Shown piece by piece: positions 1 through 11,745 of a stretch of DNA of 64,000 bases (within the stretch, counting starts at the first letter, position 1; each line of letters starts with the position of its first letter). Source of the DNA: Rhizophagus irregularis (lineage: Eukaryota); assembly GCF_026210795.1 (NCBI RefSeq), contig NC_089434.1, positions 372,001 to 436,000 of the forward strand, in the 5' to 3' direction. The notes under the pieces were generated by a model that saw nothing but the letters and a program-made list of their open reading frames with translations, was not told the DNA's origin and ran no database searches. The translations under genes were made by a program, and so were the position numbers.

Positions 1-60
1 TCGAAGGTACGAAACTTCTTTTTTTTATAATGGAACGTTAATTAATGTTTCGAGCTTGCA

Positions 61-1061
61 TTTGTAGTTTAAACAGCTTTTCAACACGTTTGGATGTACA
101 TGAATTTTGGTGAGTAGGGTGAGGGGGTTTTAATACTTTTTTTTAACAAAATATTGCTAACGTTTTGTTATTTTTTTTTAGGAATCCGATTAGTAAGTTA
201 GCCCATCTATAAGCTTTGAAAGTAATGTTACCTACAGATTTTTTTGGTTTTTTTTATGAGAACAGGTTTACTAACTGTTTTCTACTTTTTTTTTGTAGGG
301 TTTACCTTCGAATTAGCTTTTCCTTGGTAGATGGTAAGTTTTGAAGTTCATTTAACTTCAAAACTTTAATCTTTTTTTAAAAGAAACAATTTACTAATCG
401 TTTCTTTCTTCTTTATTGCAGGTTTCCACCTTGCATTTTTGGTTAGGTAAGTTTCAAAATATTTAGAAACTTTTGAAAAAATTTTTCATTAAGAAATCAG
501 TATACTAACCATTTCTTTATTTGGTTTTCTTCAGATTTTTGATTTTTGTTAGATAGTTGGGTAAGTTTCAAAATTTCGAAATTTTAAATTGAAGAATCGT
601 TACCTTATTAATTTTTTACTTTATAGGTTCTTTGGATTTTTGCTGTATGTGCGCGTAAGTTTCGAATTTTCAAACTTTAAATTTTTTTATTGAAGAACTG
701 TTAACGTTAATTAACAGTTTCTTTATTTTTTTGTAGGTCTTCCTTCGAATTTTCTCTGGATGGGCAAGTAAGTTTCAAAACATTTCAAACTATTTTTTTT
801 TTTATTAAAGAAATGGACTAACCATTTTCTTTTATTTTTTTTTGTGGGTTTCTTTTCAAATTTTTATTGTATGGATGGTAAACTTTTGAAATATCGAAAC
901 TTTTAACTTTTTTATTGAAGAAACGTTATACCAATCATTTCTTCTTTTTATTTTGTAGGTTTTTCTTCAAATTTATGTTAGACAAGTTGGTAAGTTTTGA
1001 ATATTGAAACTTAAATTTCTTTTATTGAAGAAACTTTGAACTAATCGATTCTTCATTTGTA
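61..1061 (+). repeat. Degenerate tandem array (~110 bp period) of intron + short exon-like units, apparently non-coding
   Basis: About 10 repeats of GTAAGT ... (C/T)TAAC ... T-tract ... (T/C)AG flanking ~25-40 nt segments (e.g. 299-333, 422-446, 627-654, 738-768); no ORF was evident in the joined segments. Confidence 0.6.
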
Positions 1062-1569
1062 GATTTCTCCAGATCTTTACTTTTATCGAGTTGGTGTGAA
1101 TAGTGGATGGTGAATGGTGGATGGTGGATGGCGGGTGGCGGGTGGCGGGTGGCGGGTATGCTTAAAAAATCAGAAAAAAATACAAACGTAAATCGTAATT
1201 CCTTTTTTCTTTTACTATAATTCAATTTATTATAATTTTTTTTGTAATTCGAATTCTTATATATTTTTTGTAATTTATAATTCAATTTTTTTGTACATTT
1301 CGCTTTTTTTATTAAAATTATAATATATTGGTAAAAAATAAATAAATGTCTGCTAATACAAAACGACAAAATCAATGATTTACGATCCTAATAAAAATAT
1401 CAATTATATTTTATTTAATAATTAATTTAATTAATTTTCACTTTTCTTAAAAAAATTGACCTGTCTAATCCGTTGACCTAAAATATTATGTGGAGTCAAA
1501 TGGGTCAAATGAGTCAGGTCAGGTTGAATACCTGACCCAATCTGACCGACTCTTTCTGAACACTAAATT

Positions 1570-1870
1570 GCGTAGGAAGATTCAAGAAAGTGAAAATATA
1601 TACAGTATATTTTTTTTTTTAAAAAAAAAGGATTTTTTTTCATCGTGTAGGAAGATTGAAGAAAGTAAAAATATATACATTTTATTTTTTTTAAAAAAAA
1701 AGGATTTTTTTTTGTCATGTGAGAAGATTTAAGAAAGTGAAATATATATATTTTATTTAAAAAAAAAAAGGGATTTTTTTTCGTCATGTGGGAAGATTTA
1801 AGAAAGTGAAAATATATATTTGTTTTTTTTTAAAAAAAAAAAGGATTTTTCGTCATGTGGGAAATCCAAA
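1570..1870. repeat. Tandem repeat, ~70 bp unit, 4-5 copies
   Basis: GAAGATTTAAGAAAGTGAAAATATATA-T-run-A-run-GGATTTTTTCGTCATGTG repeated. Confidence 0.85.
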
Positions 1871-2503
1871 AAAACTGAAAAATTTTTTTTCTGAAAATCA
1901 ATGACGATTTCTAAAAAAAACAATGATGATTTCTCATGTGAAAATTTTATTGTCACAATTAAATTATTTTTATAGTTTAAATTTAAATATGTAAACTAGA
2001 AATACGTTTAACACCAGGGACTCTGTCCCTGGACAACCTTGTCAGTAATGCTGATAATTTATCAATAATTTAATGGGCAATTGTTAAGTGTCTCATTAAA
2101 ATATGATATAATAATGATAATAAAATCAAAAGTGAAAATGAAAGAAGATAAAATAAGAATGAAATAAATAAAATAGAAGTGAAAAATAAAAAAATAAAAT
2201 AAATAAAAAAAAAATATTTTACATCAATTTCATTGATATTTCCCAACGAAAAATTTACAGTTATTTACTGATAGAACTTGGCCATTTGTTAGTTTTGGGA
2301 TATAACATGGTGTTGAAGGATCAATTGGATAAAAAATAGTCATGTTAAATGTTTGTATTATTATGAATCATTTTTATTTAATCTTGTTATGTCAAATAAA
2401 GAAATTTAGTGCAGTAGATTCTTTATAATTTGAAATATATAAGATTATGGAAAGTTAAGCTGGTATTTTTGTTTATAGATAAAAAATATAAAATTGCTAT
2501 GAA

Positions 2504-3218
2504 TAGTGCTTCGATCCGTTTCTAGTCCATCCGAATGAATCCGGATGAATCCAGATTTTTTTTTCATCCGGATATCCGGTTTTGATCCGGATTTTGATCC
2601 GGATGAAAAATATCCGGATTCATCCAGAATCCGGATAGAAAAAAAAAATTTTTTCTAATATTTTTTATAGATTTTGTAATAAATAAATAGTCTATTAGTT
2701 TCGCAATAAATAATTTTGTAATATATAAATTTTGTCATGAACAACGATAAATTGATGATTAGTAAAAAATTATTTATTTATTATTAATTTATTTAATATA
2801 ATTAAAGTGAAAATTATTTTTACATTTTTATTAATCTTATTAAGTAAAATCATAATTTAAGAAGCGATATTGTTTTTTAAGCCTGATTTTATCAAAATTT
2901 GAATAAAATTTGTAACTCAGGCCAAATTAATAGTGCCGGCCCGAATTACGATAAAATAAGCTAATTCAAATTCAATAATCAAATCGGAAAAAAGGCTACA
3001 AAATTTAAAAAAACCTACCAAATTGTATTAATAAGTACCATTATCTCTAATATGGATCGTCATATGCAATCTAAAAAATTTTATATATGAAATCTGATCT
3101 GGATTCCGGATTTCACCCGGATTTCTGACCCGGATTTCAATCCGGATCAAACCGGATATAATCCGGATTTTTTTTTTGTGTAATCCGGATGACGGATTTC
3201 ATCCGGATCGAAGCACTA
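2504..3218. mobile_element. hAT-type MITE
   Basis: 15-bp TIR TAGTGCTTCGATCCG; perfect 8-bp TSD GCTATGAA (2496-2503 and 3219-3226); many ATCCGG subterminal motifs. Confidence 0.9.
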
Positions 3219-3225
3219 GCTATGA

Positions 3226-3568
3226 ATCGCCGGTGTCACGTGATTTTTAATAATGTATAATTTGTCACCCCGCGTCACACCCTCCTTGTTTCCGTTTTTA
3301 CTATGTATTCCAGGGACTCGAATTTTTTTGGTATAAAAAATCCTATTTGTCACCATTATTCGACACACCCAATAATTCCAGCCAAATTTTATAATTCCGG
3401 CCAAAATATCCTTTTTGGAATCTTGAGTTACGTTACACAATCCAAAAAAGGCAATTTTGTTTCTCATAAAAATCGGGAAAACGGGATACACAATATTCCA
3501 AAAAAGGCAATTTCTATGTAGATCATTTAATTCCGGCCAAAATTAAAAAATCACGTGACACCGGCGAT
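3226..3568. mobile_element. MITE with 23-bp TIR
   Basis: ATCGCCGGTGTCACGTGATTTTT at left, reverse complement ending 3568; TSD unclear (possibly AT). Confidence 0.75.
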
Positions 3569-4329
3569 AAATAGCAAACTCCAAAAAAATAATACAAAAT
3601 TTTTTAATGACCCTTATATAAGTTTTGTTTATTGAAAATAATTGGGAAATTTTATTTTGTTATATGTGAAAATATTTAAATTTTATGGTAATTTTTTTTT
3701 GGAAATTTTTTAACATATGAAATGTTTATGTAAAATTATACTTTGTATTTTATTATTATACAATATAATAAAATTGTTTGATTGTCTAAAAGTTAAATTT
3801 GACAAGTATGTAATAAATTGTTTAGTAATTGTTTTGGGATTTTGTTGGTTAGCTAATAAATTTTTAAATGAAAATATTTAAAATATTTGCAAATTTTTAT
3901 CATTGTTTTAATAATTGTATAAAATAAAAAATAATAAAATAAAATAATTTTTTTTATTAAATAAAAATACATATTGTACAAAAAAAAATTAATAGATAAA
4001 CAATAATTGAATATTATTTTATTATTTATACAAGTAAACATATATTGATTTGATCATAGAACTTATATAATTTGAGCATAAAATTTATGATGGTCAATGA
4101 ATTTACTGCTTAGATTACAATTTTTAATATTATTTGCATTTATATGAATTTGATTTTAAATAATAATATTTTATTAAATTTATTAAATTTAAAAATCAAA
4201 TTTAAAAATAAAACAAATCCCTAGTATCATGTGATTATAATTTAACCAATAATATAAATTAATTTATTATTTAAAATAATCACATAAGTTATAATAAGTG
4301 TAATACAGCTACAAAAAAAATGAAATCTA

Positions 4330-5450
4330 ATGAAAATTAATATTCAAGTAGTTTCAGTCCGCCTGAATAATTTCAATTAATAAAGAAAGTTGATTTCATT
4401 TGACTAAAGTGGAGATATTATGCTCTAAATTAAAAAACAGAGAAGAGAGTTAATATTATCAAGAAAAATGCAATTTTCTCCAAGTACTATACTTACATTC
4501 ATGAAAATTAATATTTAAGTAGTTTCAATCTGCCTGAACAACTTTCAATTAATAAAGAAAGTTGATTTCATTTGACTAAAGTGGAGATATTACGCTCTAA
4601 ATTAAAAAACAGAGAAGAGAGTTAATATCATCAAGAAAAATGCAATTTTCTCCAAGTATTACACTTACATTCATGAAAATTAATATCCAAGTAGTTTCAA
4701 CCCGTCTGAACAACTTTCAATTAATAAAGAAAGTTGATTTCATTTGACTAAAGTGGAGATATTACACTCTAAATTAAAAAACAGAGAAGAGAGTTAATAT
4801 CATCAAGAAAAATACAATTTTCTCCAAGTATTACACTTACCTTCATGAAAATTAATATTCAAGTAGTTTTAACCCGCCTGAACAATTTTAAATAATAAAG
4901 AAAGTTGATTTCATTTGACTAAAGTGGAGATATTACGCTCTAAATTAAAAACAGAGAAGAGAGTTAATATCATCAAGAAAAATATAATTTTCTCCAAGTA
5001 TTACACTTACTTTCATGAAAATTAATATTCAAGTAGTTTCAACCCTCCTGAACAACTTTCAATTAATAAAGAAAGTTGATTTCATTTGACTAAAGTGAAG
5101 ATATTATCTCTAAATTAAAAAACAGAGAAAAGAGTTAATATTATCAAGAAAAATGCAATTTTCTCCAAGTACTATACTTACATTCATGAAAATTAATATT
5201 TAAGTAGTTTCAATCCGCCTGAACAACTTTCAATTAATAAAGAAAGTTGATTTCATTTGACTAAAGTGGAGATATTATGCTCTAAATTAAAAAACAGAGA
5301 AGAGAGTTAATATTATCAAGAAAAATACAATTTTCTCTAAGTACTATACCTACATTTATGAAAATTAATATTCAAGTAGTTTCAATTCTGCTGAAATAAA
5401 GTTGATTTCATTTGGCTAAAGTGATGAAATTATAACCTGAAGTTAAAAAA
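4330..5450 (-). repeat. ~171-172 bp tandem repeat, 6 full copies plus a partial copy
   Basis: Unit starts at 4330, 4501, 4673, 4845, 5015, 5186, 5358; on the minus strand the units carry a GTAAGT...TTAAC...TTTAG intron-like segment of ~72 nt. Confidence 0.9.
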
Positions 5451-6232
5451 CAAATATGTGAAAGTAATAAAAAAATTTAGAAACTCATGTACTATGAAGT
5501 ATGAACTGCACAAAATACCTGTAACTTTACAATACACAGGTAATAAAAGTGAGTTAAAAGTATTTAATATGAGCTAGTTTGCAATAGCAAAGCATTTAAT
5601 TTTTTTTTTTTTGAAAAAAAAGGGAAAAAATTTTTTTTTACAGTTGTAACATAGACAATAATTAAATAATATTCACATGATACAGATGACGGCAAAAAAA
5701 ACTTTTTCAAGTGAATAAATAAAAAAAAAGATTTTAAATTTTTTTTAAAAATCACTGTCAAAATTTATGTTAATTTAATAAAAATAATTTATTGTATTTA
5801 TTGTACGTTTAACTATGACTGAAATCCAATCAAACAAGACACGCTTAAAATAGGGAGTTCGTTTATTGTGTAAAAGGTTATACTTTATTATAGAACTTTA
5901 TAATTACAAGAATAAAAACTAATCAAAACTATCTGAACTAATAGGAACTGAAGGAACTGAAGGAACTAAACTTATAATGAAGGAAAATAACAACGTTATT
6001 TATATAAAAGTTACTACATATAAAGATATAATAAATATAATAGATATAATAAATATAAGAAATATAACTAATATAATAAATATAACTAATATAATAAATA
6101 TAATAAATAAATTAAATATAATAAATAAAATAATTATATCGATTATATTAAATATAATTAATATAATAAATATAATAAAAATAATAGGCTAAGTAGGCTG
6201 TGGCTAGGTCGGCTTGGCACAGTTGGGCACAG

Positions 6233-7319
6233 TAGTGCCTCGACCCGTATCCGGATCAATCCGGATTGATCCGGATTTTTTTTTTTTCGGATATCCGGAT
6301 TTTCACGGTTTTCATCCGGATTATAAACCGGATGAAAAATATCCGGTTTGACCCGGAATCCGGATGAAATTTTATTATTTTTTTTTTTAATTAATGATTT
6401 TGCTGATCCATAAAGATCTATATATATAAATTATATTATGGCTAATTATTTTTGCGCCTAATACCAATTTTTTATTAAAATTTATTAAATTTATATTTGT
6501 TATATTAAACTTTTTAATACAGTAAGTTTAAGAAGATTTTTCAATTATAATTTATTTATTGAAGTTTGTATCAGATTTGTTTATTTAAATTTATACATTA
6601 ACAAATAACAAATAATTTTAGATTTCACATTCAAACGTTCAAAAGAAAAAAAACTTTATATTATTTTTGTTACAACAAAATAATAATTATTGTTTTAAAT
6701 GAAAAATTGTTCAATATTATAAATTTATATAATTATAACAACTTTTTTTAAAAATTAAAACTAGTGTTATATAATTCGATTCAAATGATTCTTTAATTTT
6801 TGAAAGAAGAAACAAATCCTTAAAAAATTGCCTTACTAACCCAACACATCTATTTATAGTAATCTTTAGCTGTATATAAAAATATCTTGTTTAAAATTTC
6901 ATAATTAGTTAATTTACAAAGAAATATTAAACAATATTCTGAGACAATGCTGAAATAATATGAAATTGTTTTAAAGAAAAGTATTTAATGAAATTGGAAT
7001 TATGTAAATTTCGTGGTCTTGGATAATTTTGGCCAAATTTGTAATTCTGGCCGAAATTAACATCACGTGACACCGGAAAATAGTTTAGCCACCGGGCAAA
7101 AAATTTTTTATCGGAAATTTAATGTTACACAATTTGTAATTCTGGCCGGCGTTATGAATTCTGGCCAGAATTATTGCCGATCATTTGTAAATCCAATCCG
7201 GTTTCCGGTTTCTATCCGGATTATCTGATCCGGATTCAAAATCCGGGTCAATCCGGATATAATCCGGATTTTTTTTTTGTGTAATCCGGATGACGGTTTT
7301 CATCCGGGTCGAAGCACTA
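6233..7319. mobile_element. hAT-type MITE, same family as 2504-3218
   Basis: TIR TAGTGC(C/T)TCGACCCG; TSD GGGCACAG/AGGCACAG (7/8); shared ATCCGG-rich ends, different interior. Confidence 0.85.
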
Positions 7320-7580
7320 AGGCACAGTAGATCCTAATTTTCCACATGATTTTCTGACGTAGTAATGATTTTGCAATAATTGATCTACATCTGGTTTGTT
7401 TGTCATATATGCAATGATGCAATGCTTGTACTTGCTTTTGTACATAATGTATTTTGCATAAATATTATTACCATATTTATTCATACTAATAAAGACGTTT
7501 AAAAGGCATTTAATAATAATAAAAAAAAAAAGAAAAGAAGATATTTATCTTTTTCAATTAGGAAGAGTTTTGATATAGCA

Positions 7581-10500
7581 ATGGGCCAATGTATTGGTAA
7601 AGGTAAAGCATATAACATGATTAATAATATAAATTGGAATTATTCAAATTATTAAAACAAACTTGCAATATAATAAAACTAGTTTTGTGTAATACCAAAG
7701 AACCTGAAGGTAAATATTATATAGTACAAAACAAAATTGAAATAATAAGATTTTTATCTATTAAAAAACTTAATTGTAAATAATCAAATACAAATAAACC
7801 AAATTTGCAATATAACAAAACTAGTTTCCAGTAATATTGAAGAATTTGAAGAAAGTGGCACTGAAGAATTTGAAAGAAGTAGCATTGAGAAATTTGAAGA
7901 AAGTGGCACTGGAGAATCTAAAGGTATATCAAACAAGCTGAAATATTAAATTTTTATTTATAAACAATTCAAATACTATCTAGGCTAACTATATTATATA
8001 AAATATATAAAAATTATATTAAATATTTAGCTCGTAAGTTAATATAATGAATTACTCATTATTTTTATTGCATTCCATATAACTAAATAATTTATTCAAT
8101 AATTAATAATCTGTAGTTAGTAAGTTATCAGTTATTTAAATCTTTAGTCCTTTACTTTATTTATTCTATACAACATTCAAATAACTAAATTCTTTGTTTA
8201 AATAACTATTTAATAATTAATTGTATTACAGATGGTAAGTTACAATATAAATATAATATTTATTTGTTTAATATTTTACATAATTCAACTAATTATATTC
8301 TTAATTTAAATAACTAGATTGTAAGTAATATATATAATTTACAGTAAATACATTTATATTATTTTTATATCTAACTAATTAATAATTAATAATACTACAG
8401 GGTGTAAGTTATATGATATTTATATTTATATTATTTATATAATTTAAACTATCTAATTTCTTTATTTAAAAAATCATTAAATAATATAGGGAGTAAGTTA
8501 TTTATTTAATTCTATTATTACTTATTGTTATTATATTTACATATAATTTAAACTATCTAATTTCTTTATTTATTTAATAGTTCGTAAGTTATTTATTTAA
8601 TTTTATTATTACTTATTGTTATAATATTTACATATAATTTAAACTATCTAATTTCTTTATTTAAAAAATTATTTCATAGATGGTAAGTTATTTATTTAAT
8701 TCTATTATTACTTATTGTTATAATATTTACATATAATTTAAACTATCTAATTTCTTTATTTAAAAAATTATTAAATAATATAGAGAGTAAGTTATTTATT
8801 TAATTCTATTATTACTTATTGTTATAATATTTACATATAATTTAAACTATCTAATTTCTTTATTTATTTAATAGTTTGTAAGTTATTTATTTAATTTTAT
8901 TATTACTTATTGTTATAATATTTACATATAATTTAAACTATCTAATTTCTTTATTTATTTAATAGTTTGTAAGTTATTTATTTAATTTTATTATTACTTA
9001 TTGTTATAATATTTACATATAATTTAAACTATCTATTTTCTTTATTTAAAAAATTACTAAATAATATAGGGAGTAAGTTATTTATTTAATTCTATTATTA
9101 CTTATTGTTATAATATTTACATATAATCTAAACTATCTAATTTCTTTATTTATTTAATAGTTCGTAAGTTATTTATTTAATTTTATTATTACTTATTGTT
9201 ATAATATTTACATATAATTTAAACTATCTAATTTCTTTATTTATTTAATAGTTCGTAGGTTATTTATTTAATTCTATTATTACTTATTGTTATAATATTT
9301 ACATATAATTTAAACTATCTAATTTCTTTATTTAAAAAATTATTTCATAGATGGTAAGTTATTTATTTAATTCTATTATTACTTATTGTTATAATATTTA
9401 CATAAGTTTTACATATAATTTAAACTATCTAATTTCTTTATTTAAAAAATTATTTCGTAGATTGTAAGTTATTTATTTAATTCTATTATTACTTATTGTT
9501 ATAATATTTACATATAATTTAAACTATCTAATTTCTTTATTTAAAAAATTATTAAATAATATAGAGAGTAAGTTATTTATTTAATTCTATTATTACTTAT
9601 TGTTATAATATTTACATATAATTTAAACTATCTAATTTCTTTATTCAAAAAATTATTAAATAATATAGGGAGTAAGTTATTTGTTTAATTCTATTATTAC
9701 TTATTGTTATAATATTTACATATAATTTAAACTATCTAATTTCTTTATTTAAAAAATTATTAAATAATATAGAGAGTAGGTTATTTATTTAATTCTATTA
9801 TTACTTATTATTATAATATTTACATATAATTTAAACTATCTAATTTCTTTATTTAAAAAATATTTATGATCTAGCTTGTAAGTATCTCTATTATTATATA
9901 TTTTATATAATATTTATTTGTTAATTTAACTCTTTCATTTAAAAAAATATTTATGACTTTAGTTGGTAAGTTGTAAATTATAGATTATTATATGTATTTA
10001 TCCAAAAACTAAGACTTATATTACATTAAATTCCTATTTAAATTTTAGAGTAAGTAATGATTTATTTTAGTGTAAATTATAATACAATCTATAATATAAT
10101 TTTAATTCTTTAAATTTATAGATTTGGGAAAAGTGGAAATGCAATTATAGATGATTTTGTTCTTAAAAAAAAATTAAGGTGGATTCCTTATAACAAATTT
10201 AAAAATGTTGAATATCTTAATGAAGGAGGATTTGGTACTACTATATACAAAGCTACTTGGTTAAAGAATAATGGAGATGAAGAAGTAATTCTTAAATGTC
10301 CCAAGAATTTAAATGAAAATTTAAATGAATTTTTAAAAGAAGTATGATAGTATATTATTTTCTATTTTTAAATTTATTTATATTTAATAATAATAATTAT
10401 TATTTTTTATAGTGGGAATATCATACAAGTGTTTTATCTTCAAATGATATTATAGATGTTTATGGATTCACAGAAGATACAAATACTTCAAAATATATGG

Positions 10501-11510
10501 TAGTAATGTACTATGCAAATAAAGGTAATTTAAGAGAAAATTTAACAAGAATAGTCGAAAATAAATGGAATCAAAAATTATATATGTTGTACGAAATTAT
10601 TTCTGGACTTAGTAAGATACATAGAAATAATCTTATTCATTGTGATTTTCATGATGGTAATATTTTAAATCATAATGATAAGAATAAGGATAAAATTTAT
10701 ATTAGTGATTTAGGATTATGTCAACCTGTAAAATCGTTTTTGAAAAAGTATGGTATTTATGGTGTTATACCATTTATGGCTCCTGAAGTTTTAAGAGGCA
10801 AATCTTATACTCCAGCTAGTGATATATATAGTTTTTCTATGATTATGTGGGAACTTACATCCGGGGTACCACCATTTAATGATAGAGCACATGATCTTCA
10901 ACTTAGTTTAAGTATTTGTAAAGGTGAACGACCTGAAATTATTGAAAATACTCCACAATGCTATGTAGATTTAATGAAAAAATGTTGGAATGAAGATCCA
11001 TTGAAAAGGCCATCTACTTCAGAAGTGAATGGTATTATTAAGAATTGGATTATCCGTCCTGATGGTAAAATTAATGAAGAATTAAAAAGCAACATTATGG
11101 AATTTATAAATGCACCAATTGTGCATAGCGATCTAGCTACTAAATCTCATCCTAAAGCATATTATACAAGTCGCTTACTTGATTTCACTAGTAAAAAATT
11201 GAATGAAATTCTTGAAAGTGAAAATTTGGATAATTATATAATTAAAGATTTGAAGTCATTAGGTACTATGCAATATAGTGCATATAAAATTTAATCTTGC
11301 AAATTATTTGTGAAAATAATTTATTTATTTATTTATTTAGATATTAAGGCAGATGAAAATACTAGTGAAAACTTGAATGAAATTCTTGAAAGCGAAGATT
11401 CACAAGCTAGTGTAAAAGTAAATGAACAGCTAGTAAGTGACGATTTGGATGATTATATGATGCATTCAACAAAAATTGTTCTTTATTTTATTCTTTTTAG
11501 ATTTATTTAA
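7581..11510 (+). CDS. TKL-family protein kinase with lipidation-type N-terminus and microexon array (possibly a disrupted allele)
   Basis: Proposed exons 7581-7602, 7683-7709, 7825-7923, 21 three-nt exons 8031-9965, 1-nt exon 10049, 10122-10341, 10413-11262, 11341-11510. Kinase motifs EGGFG, VILK, HCDFHDGN, SDLG, APE, SDIYSF. Confidence 0.8.
8031..10049 (+). repeat. Tandem intron+microexon array (core units of 91, 99 and 104 bp)
   Basis: Every unit reads TAG/CAG-NNN-GTAAGT (two have GTAGGT); the core units have a CTAAT branch-like motif. Confidence 0.9.
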
Positions 11511-11745
11511 ACACTAAGGCTAGAGTAGTAAAATGTTTTACAAGTTTCTTAGTTTGTAATTTAAATAATTCTTTTTTTTTAGCTTATATTTTTATATTCA
11601 CTTTTTTTATTATACTTAGAATTATTTAAACACTAGGACTAGGTAGTAAATATTTTACAAGTTTCTTAGTTTGTAATTTAAATAAATCCTTTTTTTTTAT
11701 TTTAAAACTTTTCCAATTATGAGATATAAATTATCAAAATAATAA

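Noticed and set aside
5977..6192. Ile/Asn-rich ORF
   Set aside because: ATAATAAAT microsatellite-like sequence
8404..9877. CRISPR-like array
   Set aside because: Eukaryotic context, no cas genes, and the variable part is only 3 nt bounded by splice sites
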